Positions 25,563 through 38,409 of a DNA stretch of 64,000 nucleotides are shown here, in pieces. Position numbers and translations under genes: made by a program. Each line of letters opens with the position of its first letter. The stretch's first letter is position 1. The notes beneath the pieces are model-generated. The model made no database searches, was not told where the DNA came from, and was given only the letters and a program-made list of their open reading frames with translations. Source of the stretch: Dendrobates tinctorius (taxonomy: Eukaryota). The stretch is from contig NW_027361671.1 of assembly GCF_039654945.1 (NCBI RefSeq), positions 84,258,001 through 84,322,000 on the forward strand. Reading direction: 5' to 3'.

Positions 25563-26012
25563 TAACAGGGCGATCAGCTCAGCTGGTTCCTCCCACCCCA
25601 ACACTGACTTCTGTGAGATGAAAGCTGGAGTTGTTTGTAATGATGCTTTACAGCTAGTATGTAGAGTACAGCATAGTTGAGATCATTGTCTCACTGGGGA
25701 AGGCATGTTCTTCTGACTTTCTAGAAGCATATTTTCCACTTCATGACACTTGCTGTCATAATTGGTCAACCTTGTATAGGTAAAGAAGTACATGCCACTT
25801 GGACAAATCTCTGGTAAAACCAAAGTGGGATTGTAATAAATGATCACCTAAATGTTACATATCATCTAGGAGCTGAGAAATTAAAACATACATTTTATTT
25901 AGCTTTGCAGCCAGTATTACATGATGTGGCCAAATTAACATGCTATTACCGGTGAATACTAAAAGAAAAATTGTAAAAGATTTTGTCTTGGGTTTTCTTT
26001 AAATTAAAATTA

Positions 26013-26594
26013 CTGTATATACTCGTGTATAAGCCCAGGCACCTAATTTTGCCAAGAAAAACTTATTGACTCGAGTATAACCCGGGTATGCAATATCCCC
26101 TCATCCCTGTACTTGTATGCATGGCTCCCCGTCCCTGCCCTTGTATGCATGGTTCCTATAAAAAAAAAAAAAAAAAAACATCCTACCTACCTTCTCTGAG
26201 CGCCCTTGCAGCATCTTGTTCCCGTGCCAGCAGCTCGTCCAGCCGAGCGATCACGTGTCCCCGCTCATTAACGTAATGAATATTCAGTCCTGGCCTATGG
26301 GAGTGGAGAGAGGTGAATATTCATTACTTTAATGAGCGGGCTCCTGTGCTAGCCCGGCTGCAGCTGTAATTGTGCGCGCTATATAAGAGAAATGAATATT
26401 CACTGTCAGCGCAATGAATATTCATTTCTCTTTAGCAGCGGGCAAAGGCTTTAGCCGCAGCCGCCAGCTCCTGCCTCTGTGACCCACCACTCCCCCCGCC
26501 GTCTTTCTGGGACAATGACTCTTGTATAAGCCAAGGGGGCTGTTTTCAGCACAAAAAAATGTCCTGGAAAACACAGCTTATACACGGCAAATAT
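26013..26594. mobile_element. Tigger/pogo-like non-autonomous element
   Basis: TA|CTGTATATACTCGTGTATAAGCC left end and degenerate GCTTATACACG right end. Confidence 0.55.
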
Positions 26595-27297
26595 AATTTT
26601 ATATATTTTTTTTCGTTAGAATTCTTGCGGCGTTAACAAATGGCAATAAGCCTTCCTGTTTTGTACATCAGCCATATGAACATTGGCATGAATACACCGA
26701 CCTTGACTCATTCACTTCTACAGAAGAGGTTCACTGGTATGTAAGGATGGGGAAGAGGTGGTCTATGATGTCACCTGTTGTAAAATGGCAGATCCTTTGT
26801 TACATAGTTCCATAGGTTGAAAATAAGACCTAGGTCCATCAAGTTCAACTTTTCTCAACCAATTGATTTTTTGTCTCTAAATTAACTATAACCAACAATG
26901 TTATGTGTATTGAGGAAATCGTCCAGCCCTATTTTAAAAGCTGTTTGTGTCTGCCATCACTACCTCTTGTGGTCGGGCACTCCACAGTCTGACTGCTCTA
27001 ACTGTAAAGAATTCTGCTGTCTGTAATGATAAGCCTGCTGAAAAGTCTGAACAATAAATGAGTCTAATATTAGGCTTAGTGTGAAAATGCAAGTTGTATT
27101 ATTAATATTGATATTATAGTGATCTAAAAATAGACAAATTATCAAAAAAATGGTTAAGGTGAAAACGTGTAACAATAGGCCATCATCTGCTATTACACTC
27201 CCCTTACAGCACTTGTATATACCACAGTGAAACAGTTTTGAAAATGGTAAATTAAATGCTTTACGCTTGTCTGAAACTTTATTTATTTTTTTTCTAG

Positions 27298-27379
27298 CTG
27301 ATAAAAATTGGACAAGATGTTGAAGTTTTGTTGAGGACAACAGTTATCCAAGGGGTTCACACTGACTCTAATACAATAG
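27298..27379 (+). CDS. LYRM7: LYRM7 exon 4 ([27 protein letters not shown])
   Basis: polyT-ctag acceptor, gtacgt donor, 82 nt; DVE.LLRT.VIQG.HTD motif. Confidence 0.95.
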
Positions 27380-27771
27380 GTACGTGTTCCTATGTTTTTC
27401 TAGAGGAGCACTAAGAAATGTATCAATCACCCCATGTTAGTTTTCTGTTTTTGTTTTTTTCTGTAGCACACTACAGCGCATGACATATTTCCATAATAAT
27501 TTGCAACATTTGCGTTTCTAGAAAGCTGGTGGACTTTAATGGGAAGGGGACAGGGCTTCATGTAGTCTGACAAATTTACCATAGTTTACAACAGAGATCG
27601 GTTTAGCTTGCCGTGCCCCATCCCCTTGCTAGAATAGCCTTAAACTATAGTGCATAAGACGCACCTAATTTACTATGACGAGTGCGCCTTATTCTAAATT
27701 AGAGAAGAGCTGGATAGATAAAGACCAAGAACAACGTAGGGAATATGGTTTACACAGGGCATATACGATAA

Positions 27772-28119
27772 GGGTATGTGCACACGCTGCGGATTGGGGT
27801 GCGGATTTGGCCGCTCGGATTTTGTAAAATCCGCAGGTAAATCTCCAGGTCAAAAGACCTGCGGTTTTACCTGTAGATTGGCCTGCAGTTTTGCCCTGCG
27901 GTTTTTCATCTCCACAATGGAGGAGATGGCAAACCGCAGCGGAATCCGCAGAAAGAATAGACACCGCAGGAAAACCGCGCGGAAAAATCCGCATCGTCTG
28001 CACTGCGGTTTTTAATATCCATAGGATATTATGGTACTGTACACCATAACTGCTGCGGTTCCACAGCGGCCAAATCCGCTACGGAACCGCGGAAGAATCC
28101 GCAGCGTGTGCACACACCA
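27772..28119. mobile_element. Harbinger-derived MITE (GGGTATGTGCACAC family)
   Basis: TIR plus TAA TSD; homologous to 8441-8745. Confidence 0.8.
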
Positions 28120-28914
28120 TAACTGTAAAGGCTCAACAATGGGAATGAAGAGCGGTAACACATGTCCGGATGAAATGTGTCCAGATCGTTAGAAAAGAAG
28201 ACATGCTCTTTGTGTCTACAGGCACAATTGTAAATTGGAAACAAAATTTTAAAAAAAAAGTGAGCAAAGCGCTGGTCGTAAAAATGGTGTAGATTAACAC
28301 ATTTTGCATAATAATCAATTCTATATATAAAAAAAATTATTTTTTTTATGTGAAGGAGAGGTTACCCGTGCCCCCCGCCCCCAAAATGCATTCTGTTTTT
28401 ATACAATAAACCCACAACATTTTTGACAGGCGCTGGAGCCCAGTCCTTATGAATGAGGCACATCATACTCCAGTGGGCTTTTTCTCATCTTTTTTTTTTT
28501 TTTTTTTCCATGAAGGACGTCATTCTGAATTGAAAGCAACCAATATGACAGTCATCACATAGATAATCCTGTTACGGCTTCCCTAGCTCCATCCTCATCC
28601 AGCAGAATGTCTTGTATTTGCTGAATGCTTTCTTGCTTTTCTGTGCAGACTTGCATGGATCTAGGGAAGCCGTCACCTCCACACCACTGACTCCATCTTA
28701 TGTCCACTGATCGGTGGGCAGCAGAGGTCATGACAGCAGCACAGAGATGAGTGATAGTTATGTTTGACTGAATAAATCAGTTAAGCGGGGCATTTTAGAA
28801 ATTTGGCCAGAAAGTACCTATCCCCTTTAAATACACATTACTCCTAAAATAACTGAAAATGTATTTTCCTACTTCCCAAAATAAATACTAACTTGTGTTT
28901 GTTTTTTTTCCCAG

Positions 28915-28979
28915 TTCTGCAGCCAAGAGAAGAGGTCCTCCTAGACAATATGCCATACTGTGATGCGCCTAAGAAATGA
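28915..28979 (+). CDS. LYRM7: LYRM7 exon 5 (VLQPREEVLLDNMPYCDAPKK*); complex III Rieske-protein chaperone, 102 aa total
   Basis: ttcccag acceptor, PYCDAP motif, TGA at 28977-28979; the five exons sum to 309 nt. Confidence 0.94.
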
Positions 28980-29191
28980 CACCTGAGCTCCAAGTTTTTA
29001 ACCTTTATCGCCAGCTTTTTCAGCTTTTGGTTGCACTTCATTCAAAGGGGAGAGGCCTTGTGGCATAAATGCAGAATGTGCAAATTTGATTTGGTTGCTT
29101 TTGGTAAAAACTGCTTTGATGTCAGGGTCATTCTCATTTGTTATGAACAAAGCCCATTTTTCATAAACTTCTTGTAAATTATTGTACTGTG

Positions 29192-29197
29192 AATAAA
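29192..29197 (+). terminator. Candidate LYRM7 polyadenylation signal AATAAA
   Basis: AATAAA about 210 nt after the stop codon, followed by T-rich sequence. Confidence 0.55.
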
Positions 29198-30203
29198 ATA
29201 TTTAAATTTTATGATAATTCTGTTTTAGCATCATAAGATAAACTCTACATGATCTGCTCCATAATGTCTTATTACCTGTAGAAGTCAGAGGTTGTGCACT
29301 ATGGACAATCTAAGGTGGGTTTTTGCCCCCGGTGGCCATTAGGATTATTGCACTGTGGTTTCGTCTGTTCTAAGTTTCCCCCCCGGTGGTGGTGAGCGTC
29401 ATTGCACTCTGGTTTCTTAGGCTGTGTGCACACGTTGCGGATTTTGGTGCGGTTTTTTTCACCACTAAAAACCGCATGTATCGCTAGAAAGCGCAAGTGC
29501 GGTTTTCCAGGACGTCCACCTGACATCACCATGGAGGACGTCCTCCTCCTCCTTACAGGGACAGGAAAACACACAAGAGGTTAAAAGGTCATGTCCCACC
29601 CCCTCTCCCTCAGTGTTTTTTCCTGTCCCTGCAAGGAGGGACACACAAGAGACTTACCGGAGGGGCTCAGGGGATCGTGCGGCCAGTCCAAGCCTTCCCC
29701 TGTCAAGAGGTCCCGGGGCCGAAACTCTCCGATGGGGGAGTCCCTCTGCTCCAAAGGCCAGGAACAGGACGACGCTCCTGGAGGGAGCCGTTCCTCCCTG
29801 TGGGAGGCTCTCGGCTCCAGGACGCACCTCCATAACAGGCGAGGGTCGGCTCCCCGCAGGTGGCTGGCCGAGCGGGCACCGGCAGAAGGATGGGCGCAGC
29901 AGCGCCATGACAGGTGGGCCCCTGCAGGCGGCGGGCCATGCACCTGCAGGATGGCTCCAACGGAGGGGTCAGCGCTGGAAGGCGCCAACAGACCGCCAGA
30001 GCAGGCGGGGGGCAGTTCCCTGCAAGCGGCGGTCTGAGCGGGCACCGGAGGAGAGCGCGGTCGCGCGCAGGAGCCCGGGCAGGAAGTGGAGGAGGCGGCC
30101 TATCGCGGAGGTCATGCGTCACATCCGGTGACGTCAAACGCCGGCTTTTGAATCCCGGGCGCGCGCTCCTGAGATCCACAGCGCTCGGCAGAATCGTGCC
30201 AGA

Positions 30204-31629
30204 ATGGAAGGCAACGCTCCAGCAGGTGGAGGGGTAAGTGCGCATAGCGCAGACCACCCTCCCCCACCCATCCTCACAGCCCAGATCTGAGTAGGTGCCC
30301 CTTCTGTATTATTAGGAGAAGGGAACCCCGGCAGAATCCCCCTCGGTGAAGGACCCGGCAAAAGCCACCTCCAAATCGGTCCGATGCCCCGTATGCAGTG
30401 TAAAGCTGCCAGACACCTATAGCAAGACCCTATGCGGACCCTGTACCTCAAGGGTCATAGGCGAGGAACAGCCATCCCTCCTTTCCGAAATGAGATTGCT
30501 GATAAGGGAGGAAGTTCAGGCCTCCACAGCCGGCCTCACGCGGCGTCAGTCCCAGCCCAGGGCCAAATCGCAAGCGTCCAAGGTGGGAAGCAGACCCAGT
30601 GTCGGAAGCAAGCCCTAGCGAGGAGTCCGACTTCCGGGATTCAGACCAGGAGGAAGAAGGCGAGATCCCGGGGATAGACAGGATCAGAGCAGGAAGTACC
30701 TGTTCAGACTGGAGGACACGGACGAGCTTGTCCAGGCAGTCAGAAATACTATGCAAATAGAGGAAGTCCCTAAACCACAGTCCAGACAGGACTTAATGTT
30801 TGGAGGACTCGTGGCCCGGAAACAGGTAGTGTTCCCCGTAAGTGAACACATCAAAACAATGGTCCAGGAAGAGTGGAAAGAGGCAGAGCGTCGGTTGATA
30901 CTCTCCCGAGACTTTAAAAATAGACTGCCTTTTGATCCCGAGGAAACACGGGCATGGGAGGAAGTCCCTAAAATAGATGTCCCAGTCGCCAAGGTTACCA
31001 AAAAGACGGCCATCCCATTCGAGGACTCGTCAGGTCTCCGAGACCCGATGGATCGGAAGGCGGACGTCTTGCTAAAAAGAACTTGGGAGACGTCGGCGGC
31101 TCTGATTAGGGCCAACATAGCAGCCACCTCAGTGGCCAGGTCTATGTTTTTGTGGATGGGGCAGTTGGAGGAACACCTAACCAACAAGACCCCTAGATCA
31201 GAGATCCTAGCATCACTTCCTCTCATGAAATCAGCCACGGTGTTCCTGTCGGATACGTCGGCTGAATCAGTAAGGTTTGCAGCCAGAAACAGCTCCCTCT
31301 CTAATGCCGCCCGGAGAGCAGTCTGGCTTAAATCCTGGTCGGGGGATAACGCTTCTAAAACAAAGCTATGCGCCATCCCCTTCTCGGGCCTGAGGGTATT
31401 TGGTCCAGCCCTAGATAACATCCTAGAGCTAGTGTCCAATAAAAATAAAGGGTTCCCAGAGGAAAAACCCAGGCGGCCCCAGTCCTTTCGGAGAGGCTCC
31501 TTCAGAAGGCAGACGGAATTCAGGGGTCGCGCAAAGTCCAATAGAAGCTCCTATAAGGGCTCCTTCAGCCAAGACGGGAGGAACAGGGGTCCCTCATTCA
31601 CATCAACATCTAGATCGAGGAGGCAATGA
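30204..31629 (+). pseudogene. DIRS-B gag-like ORF1 (spliced 5' exon, CxxC-CxxC knuckle, LAP2alpha-like C-terminal domain); one frameshift near 30590
   Basis: CPVC...CGPC, DPMDRKAD.LLK and ARRAVWLKSW motifs; intron 30234-30315. Confidence 0.8.
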
Positions 31630-31633
31630 CGCC

Positions 31634-33512
31634 ATGGGTGTTGGGGGGAGACTTCGCCACTTCGCAGCAAACTGGTCCCGAGTTACCCACAATCCATGGG
31701 TTCTCAGAACCATCGCGGAAGGCTACAGTATAGAGCTCTATTCACCTCCCCCCGACAGATATATTGCCCCCACTGTCGTCCTGGAGGACTCCGCAATGTG
31801 GTCGGACCTTCAGGACATGGTAAACTCAGAGGTCATAATACCAGTTCCCCCGACGGAAAGAGGGAGAGGGCACTACTCTTCCCTGTTTTCAATCACAAAA
31901 CCATCCGGCGAGGCCCGTACCATCATAAACCTGAGACCACTAAATGCCTGGGTCAGATACAAGAGATTCCGGATGGAATCGATCCGATCCGCAATCCCCC
32001 TAATAGACAAGGACGCCGTTATGTGCACCCTAGACCTAAAAAAAGGCATACTACCAGGTCCCTATCCATCCCTCATCCCAGAGCCTTCTAAGGTTCGCGG
32101 TCAGTTTACCAGCCCGGACCTGCCACTTCCAGTTCCAGTGTCTTCCATTCGGGTTGGCCTCAGCTCCCAGAATCTTTACAAAATTGGTAGTAGAGGTGGT
32201 GGCCTACCTAAGAGATCAGGGTATTGTGATCATTCCATACCTGGACGACTTCCTGCTGGTGGCAAGATCCAAAGAAGCGCTCATTCGTGACAGAATTCGA
32301 GCAAATACCATAATGGAGTTCCTTGGCTGGGTGATCAACTGGGAGAAGTCGGACCTCAGGCCAGACACCAGAAAAGTATTCCTCTGAGTCCTCCTAGACT
32401 CAGCCAACAGAATATCCTGGCTACCCGAGCAGAAGCAGAAGACTGTTCAGGCCAGAACCAGAGACCTGTTGAGGCGTCAATGTTCCATAAGAGAGGCAAT
32501 TGAAGTCTTGGGCCTCATGACAGCCTGCATCCAGTGTGTCCGTTGGGCCCAATTCCACTCGAGGTTGTTACAGAAAGAAATCCTCGCAAGGTGGAACAGA
32601 AGTCAGGCGTCGCTAGACAGACCCCTAAGGCTGCCAGAACGAGTGAAGGAGTCCCTGCGGTGGTGGACACAGTCCAGAAACCTTCAGGTGGGCGTACAAT
32701 GGACAACCTCTCCATACGTGGTAGTCACCACAGACGCCAGTGCGTGGGGATGGGGAGCCCACATAGAAGGGAAGATCTTCCAGGGGAAATGGCCAGCAGG
32801 CATCAGGACCAGATCCTCCAATTTCAGAGAGCTCTTTGCGGTTTGGGAAGCATTGCGGAGAAACCAGTCGGTACTAAAGAATCGTCATGTCCGCATATTA
32901 TCCGACAATACAACGGCAGTGGCATTCCTGAAGCACCAGGGAGGGACCAGACATCAACCACTACAGGCCCTGGCGGGAAAAATATTCACGTGGGCAGAAC
33001 GAACAGTCCGATCAGTGACCGCAGTACACTTAGAAGGTTCCCAGAACGAAGTGGAAGACTACTTGAGCAGACAACAGATCTACCCGACAGAATGGGAACT
33101 GAACATGGAAATCTTCGACCACCTTTTTCAGCGTTGGGGGACCCCCACGATAGATCTTTTCGCAAGCCGGAAGAACTCGAAGGTCCCCAGGTTCTACTCC
33201 CTGAATCCGACGGACCACCCGGAAGGCGTAGACGCCCTGAGTCAGACTTGGGGAGAATCCCTCTCTTATGCGTTCCCACCACTGGCTCTTATACCGGCAG
33301 TGCTCAGGAAGATACGCGAAGACCACGCAAGAGTGATGTTGATCGTGCCATATTGGCAGAGGAGAAGCTGGTTTCCCCTTCTAGGAGCCATGGCAGTAGA
33401 AAATCCAGTCGAACTACCCCTGTGGAAGGACATCATCCACCAGGGCCCGATCCGCCACCCGGACCCAGCAAGACTCCACCTGTCGGCTTGGATCCTGAGA
33501 GGGACATCCTGA
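31634..33512 (+). pseudogene. DIRS-B RT / RNase H / Dam-like methyltransferase ORF
   Basis: RTIINLRPLN, SAPRIFTK, YLDD, TDAS.WGWGAH, ILSDNTT, IDLFAS and YAFPP; frameshift in the A-run near 32040 and TGA at 32385. Confidence 0.9.
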
Positions 33513-34488
33513 AGGCAAAGGGACTGTCGGATCAGGTCATATCCACCTTACAGGCCAGTAGGAAACCGGTGACATCCGCAATCTATCGAAAAATATGGAA
33601 AAGATTCTGTCTGGAGGGTGGCAGGTCCGATCTTGTGGCAGGCGCCCCTGACCTCCCTAACATACTAAGCTTTTTGCAGGCAGGCTTTAATAAAGGCCTT
33701 AAGCCCAGCACTCTAAAGGTTCAGGTTTCAGCCTTGAGCGCCTTCTTCGATTTAGCTTCACATCCCTGGGTAATAAGATTTATAAGAGCCACACAGCGCC
33801 TGCGCCCCACGATTAGGCAGCTCACCTCGCCTTGGGACCTAGGCCTGGTACTTTGGTTTCTCTGTACAGACCCCTACGCTCTCGATGAGAAAACCATCTC
33901 TGCTCTCACTCGTTTAAAAGAATAGGGGAGATCCAGGCCCTGTCCACTAAGGACCCATATCTCCAGATAAGAGAGGACCGTATAATCTTAAGACTAGACC
34001 CGGCATTTACCCCAAAGGTAGCCTCTCCAAAAAATCTAAATCAGGAGGTAGTGTTACCATCCTTCTGTGATAATTCCCGTAATAAGAAGGAGCAGCGTCT
34101 TCACTCGCTGGATGTGAGGCGCGCAGTTATAGACTACCTAGAGGCCACCAATAGCTGGCGCATCGACCCGAACCTGTTCATCCTCTTTGGGGGTAGAAAT
34201 AAGGGGAAGAGGGCCTCTAAGGCGTCCATCGCGCGCTGGATTACCTCAGTAATCTCGGACGCCTACCAAGCTGAAGGCGCCAACCCGCCAAATTCCATAA
34301 AAGCCCACTCTACGAGGGCAGTATCGGCCTCATGGGCCGAACGGGCGGGGGCGTCGGTTGATCAAATCTGTAGAGCAGCAACCTGGACCAATCTTAATAC
34401 ATTCTGCAAGCACTACAAGCTTGATGTGTTAGCTGGTCAACAGACCGCATTTGGGAGAAAGGTTCTCCAGGCGGTAATCCCACCCTGA
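33500..34488 (+). pseudogene. DIRS-B tyrosine recombinase
   Basis: STLKVQVSAL, RIGEIQALS, LDVRRA, HSTR, W...F.KHY; deletion/frameshift near 33915; frame is open upstream to 32534. Confidence 0.88.
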
Positions 34489-35049
34489 GGAGGTGCTTTG
34501 GTACTCTCCATGGTGCTGTCAGGTGGACGTCCTGGAAAATAGGTATTAGACCTACCGGTAAGGATGTTTCCAGGAGTCCATCCTGACAGCACGAGTAGTT
34601 CCCTCCCTGTTATGTTATACTATGTTGTATTATGTTATGTCATATGCTGTAATATGATTGTTTCATTAAACTGTTACTAGCATCATCCACCTTGTGGTAC
34701 TTGTTAAATCACTGAGGGAGAGGGGGTGGGACATGACCTTTTAACCTCTTGAGTGTTTTCCTGTCCCTGTAAGGAGGAGGAGGACGTCCTCCATGGTGCT
34801 GTCAGGATGGACTCCTGGAAACATCTAATACCTATTTTTTGTGCGGTTTTTGCAATTTAGATGCGTTTTTTTTTATGCGGTTTTCCTGCGGTTTTTTAGT
34901 GCGGTTTTTGATGCAGTTTTGACTGCGCTTTGCAAAGCAAACAACATACATAAAGTTACGGCAACTTGAATGAGGAAAAAAAAAAGGAAGGTGATGTCAT
35001 TTCCTTGGCCAACCCCCACCATTCTCCATTTTGCTAGCCAAAAGCAAGT

Positions 35050-37860
35050 ATGAGCACAAACATCCAGCATTCAAGCGCCCAGTATACTGCCCCGATGGCC
35101 GAGAACCAGATCACACAGCGGTGCCTGCTCCGCAGGCCATATCGAATCCTTTTGATGTGGTTTATGCTGCAAAACATTAATCGCCACAGAGAGGAGGTAA
35201 GGCTGGTTTCACATTACGTTTTATTGCGCAGCACATCATGCGCTATAGGTCGCATCTGCAATGCTTCCCTATCGTTAACATGGCGGGCGCAGGGTATAGT
35301 GCTTGCATGCGTTAATCATTGGTTTGGGGCCTTGCGCATGTAACGGGTGTGCGCCCTGATGACCTAGACACATGTATTTTAATGTTATGCTTAAGGTTTT
35401 TTACAAAATTGCTTCCTATGCACTCCTATGGTAGTGGCAAAATATTCAGCATCTGAAGTTTTTTCATAATGGTGCCAATAATGCTGCCATAGGAGTGGAA
35501 ACCATCACTTGTTAATTTACTGCTTTATGTGCGGATGGTACCCATGGTCTGGAGTAGTGGTTACTGTGTTCCAGACCAGGATAAATTAATCTGGTAACCA
35601 ATATATATTAAAAAAAAAAAAAACAGTGATATACTCATCCTCCGTCGGACTACGTAGTCCTTTGAGCCGATCACCACGCTGACGGCATCTTCCGTTCAGT
35701 TGCCATAATGGTATGTGCTAATTAGGTCTCATTACATCGTGTTCTGGCAACCGTTACGTCTTCTAAGATCACTGTTTTAAAACAAATTTGGAGCCGAACA
35801 TGCCGTGAGTGCCGTTTTGTCTAGTGGGGGACATTACTTTTTATTTTTGGGAACATGCTGTTTTTAGGACAGATGCAGAATAGGCAGCGGTGCGAGTTTC
35901 TTAAATTGTGCTGAAGTTTGGCCAGCTAATATGCAATGTGTGCACATTGCCTCTTTGTTTTTTCTTAACATTTATTTGTATTTTAGTTGCAGGAGCGACG
36001 AAGGAGGAAGAGGGACAGACGAATGTGGGTGCACCCACTTGTAGCTGAGCGACAGGAGAAGGGCCATTTTTATGTCCTTTACCAAGATTTGAGGCGGTAA
36101 GTTCAAAATATCTTTAATCCGTTTCTTCAAATATTATCATCATGAATTTAAAATGTTTGTCATGATATCATTTCAGCTTTCCTGACAAATTCATCTTGTT
36201 TTGTCGGCTGTCCATCCCGGCATTTGACCAATTGTTACATATATTGGCACCACATCTGACCTTTGCGGATACCATAAGGAGGAAGGCGATCACTGCTGAG
36301 GAAAGGCTGCTCATCACCTTGCGCTAAGTATATAGTTTTTTGTTTGTATGTGATTGAGGCTCTTTCACACGTCAGTGTGTCAGGTCCTTTTAATGTTACT
36401 TTTGACAGGTACCCGAGACACTCACACACGTACACCCACTCCAATTAATGCTTTGCTGCATGTCAGCGTGTTTTTGTGGCCCGTTTCCCAAAAACGATGA
36501 CATGTCTGATTTCAAACACTTGCACGGATGACAAAGTGTCACGCACACGTGGACACAGCCAACACACATTGATGCCCTCTGTGTGACAGGCATTGCACAG
36601 GTTAAGAAGTGCTGCATAAAGCGCTGTTTCCTGGCATCAGGTGATGAAGATGCAGCCATCATTGTCCCCTTCTTTACTGTATTTGATTGACATCAGTGAA
36701 GAATGGGCTTTTCCGTAATTACCTAACACTGTGTCTTTGCTTCATGTTGCACTTCTTCCCTGGCAGCCATCCATGTGGAATGATACACTGCATAGTCAGC
36801 AGACGGTTGACATATCTGCACAAACACTCACACATAGATGGACATGGATATCTTTGTAACGTTTTTTCATGTAGTCTCTTAAATGGTAATATGTTAAACA
36901 TGTTTAATAACATGTTTTGCGAACGTTTCTAATATTGGTTGTCTTTTTCTTTGCAGATTTTTGGCCACAGGAGAGAGCTATACATCCCTACACCTCCAAT
37001 TTAGAGTTGGTAAATCCACCATCTCTCAAATTGTGAGGTGCACATGTAACGTGATCTGGCAGAAATTGCAGCCCATGGTGATGCCTTCCCCAACCGAGGA
37101 GACTTGGCTGCAGGTCGCAGCAGGCTTTCAGTCTGTGGCCAATTTCCCAAACTGCATAGGTGCAGTTGATGGTAAACATGTGAGGGTTCAGCAGCCACCA
37201 CGATCAGGATCACGCTTCTTTAATTATAAGAAGTATTTTTCTGTGGTCCTGATGGTGGTGGCTGATGCACATTACAAATTTGTTGCCATTGATGTTGGTG
37301 CCTATGGTAGTACTGGGGATTCTCGGGTGTTGCGATCATCACAGATTGGTCAGCAAATTCTTCAAGATGGCGGAACGCTCCCAGCCCCAAGACCTTTGCC
37401 GGGTTCCACAGATCCAGTGCCCTTTGTGATGGTATCGGATGAGGCGTTTCCCTTAACGACAACCCTGCTGCGCCCATACCCACGAAGGGGACTGGATGAC
37501 CAGCGGAGGATTTTTAATTATCGGCTGAGTCGTGCACGCAGATATGTGGAATGCACCTTCGGGATCATGACTAGTCAGTGGAGGATCTTTCACACTGCCA
37601 TCCAGTTGGATACAGACACCGTTGACGCTGTGATTAAGGCCTGCTGTCTACTCCATAACTATGCTCGGGAGTACAGCTCAGAGGTAGATTTGGAGTACCA
37701 GCAGCCACAATGTAATCAGCTGCGCAACGTGTGTCTGGGAAGACCATCCAACTCTGGTGTGCGTGTGAGAGAAACCTTTACTGACTATTTTATGAGTCCC
37801 GAACGTGCCCTGCATTGGCAATACTCCTGTGCTGGTGTTGGGCAGCCTGACCAGCACTGA
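35050..37860 (+). CDS. Harbinger (HARBI1-like) DDE transposase, 4 exons, ~435 aa; donor of intron 3 is non-canonical
   Basis: Exons 35050-35196, 35987-36096, 36177-36323 and 36957-37860 join in frame; RRMWVHP, FLATG, GAVDGKH, SDEAF, RRYVECTFG (DDE triad intact). Confidence 0.85.
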
Positions 37861-38409
37861 AAGATGGAGGAACAGAGTGTCACAAAAGAAAGGACCACTC
37901 AAGTTGTAATGAAAAACTTTTTCAAAAAATGTCAACAAAAATTGTTTTATTAATCAATAAAAAAAAAGTTGATTCTGTATTGACGGTGTGTGTTTGATTT
38001 ATTTCACCTAATTTTCCTTCTTCAAAGCCTACACACAGTACATTGGCTGGAAATCCTACAGTTTCTGCTGCATCAACCACCTTTTTGGTCCTCCAGCCCA
38101 TAGTCCTGTGATTCTCGACACATGACAGGCAGAGATCACTGCATTTACATTAATCTGTCCCAAAAAAAAACACATTATAAATACATTATTTTTTATTTAG
38201 AAAACAATATATAAATTCAAGGACATTGTTGGCATCGAAAAACCAGAAATACAGCAAAATATTATTAGATTTGAACAACCACAAACCTAACATTTTTAGC
38301 CAACACAAATTTTTGTTGGGATTATTGTGTTGAAGCGGCCAAGGTGTTAGAAACAGACAACATGTCTAGTTATTTTAACAAATATTATGTAGACCATTGA
38401 CGGTAACAA

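Larger units (their letters stand above)
29503..34837 (+). mobile_element. Full-length DIRS1-type retrotransposon B
   Basis: TTT termini; inverted terminal repeats ~29503-29615 and ~34708-34820; internal complementary region 34506-34592; gag, RT/RH/MT and YR ORFs. Confidence 0.95.

Noticed and set aside
30684-31541. 285-aa minus-strand ORF
   Set aside because: Antisense to DIRS gag with no recognisable motif
35050-37860. Domesticated host HARBI1 gene
   Set aside because: Flanked by TIRs, paired with a convergent MADF gene and carrying a broken donor, so it is a transposon copy
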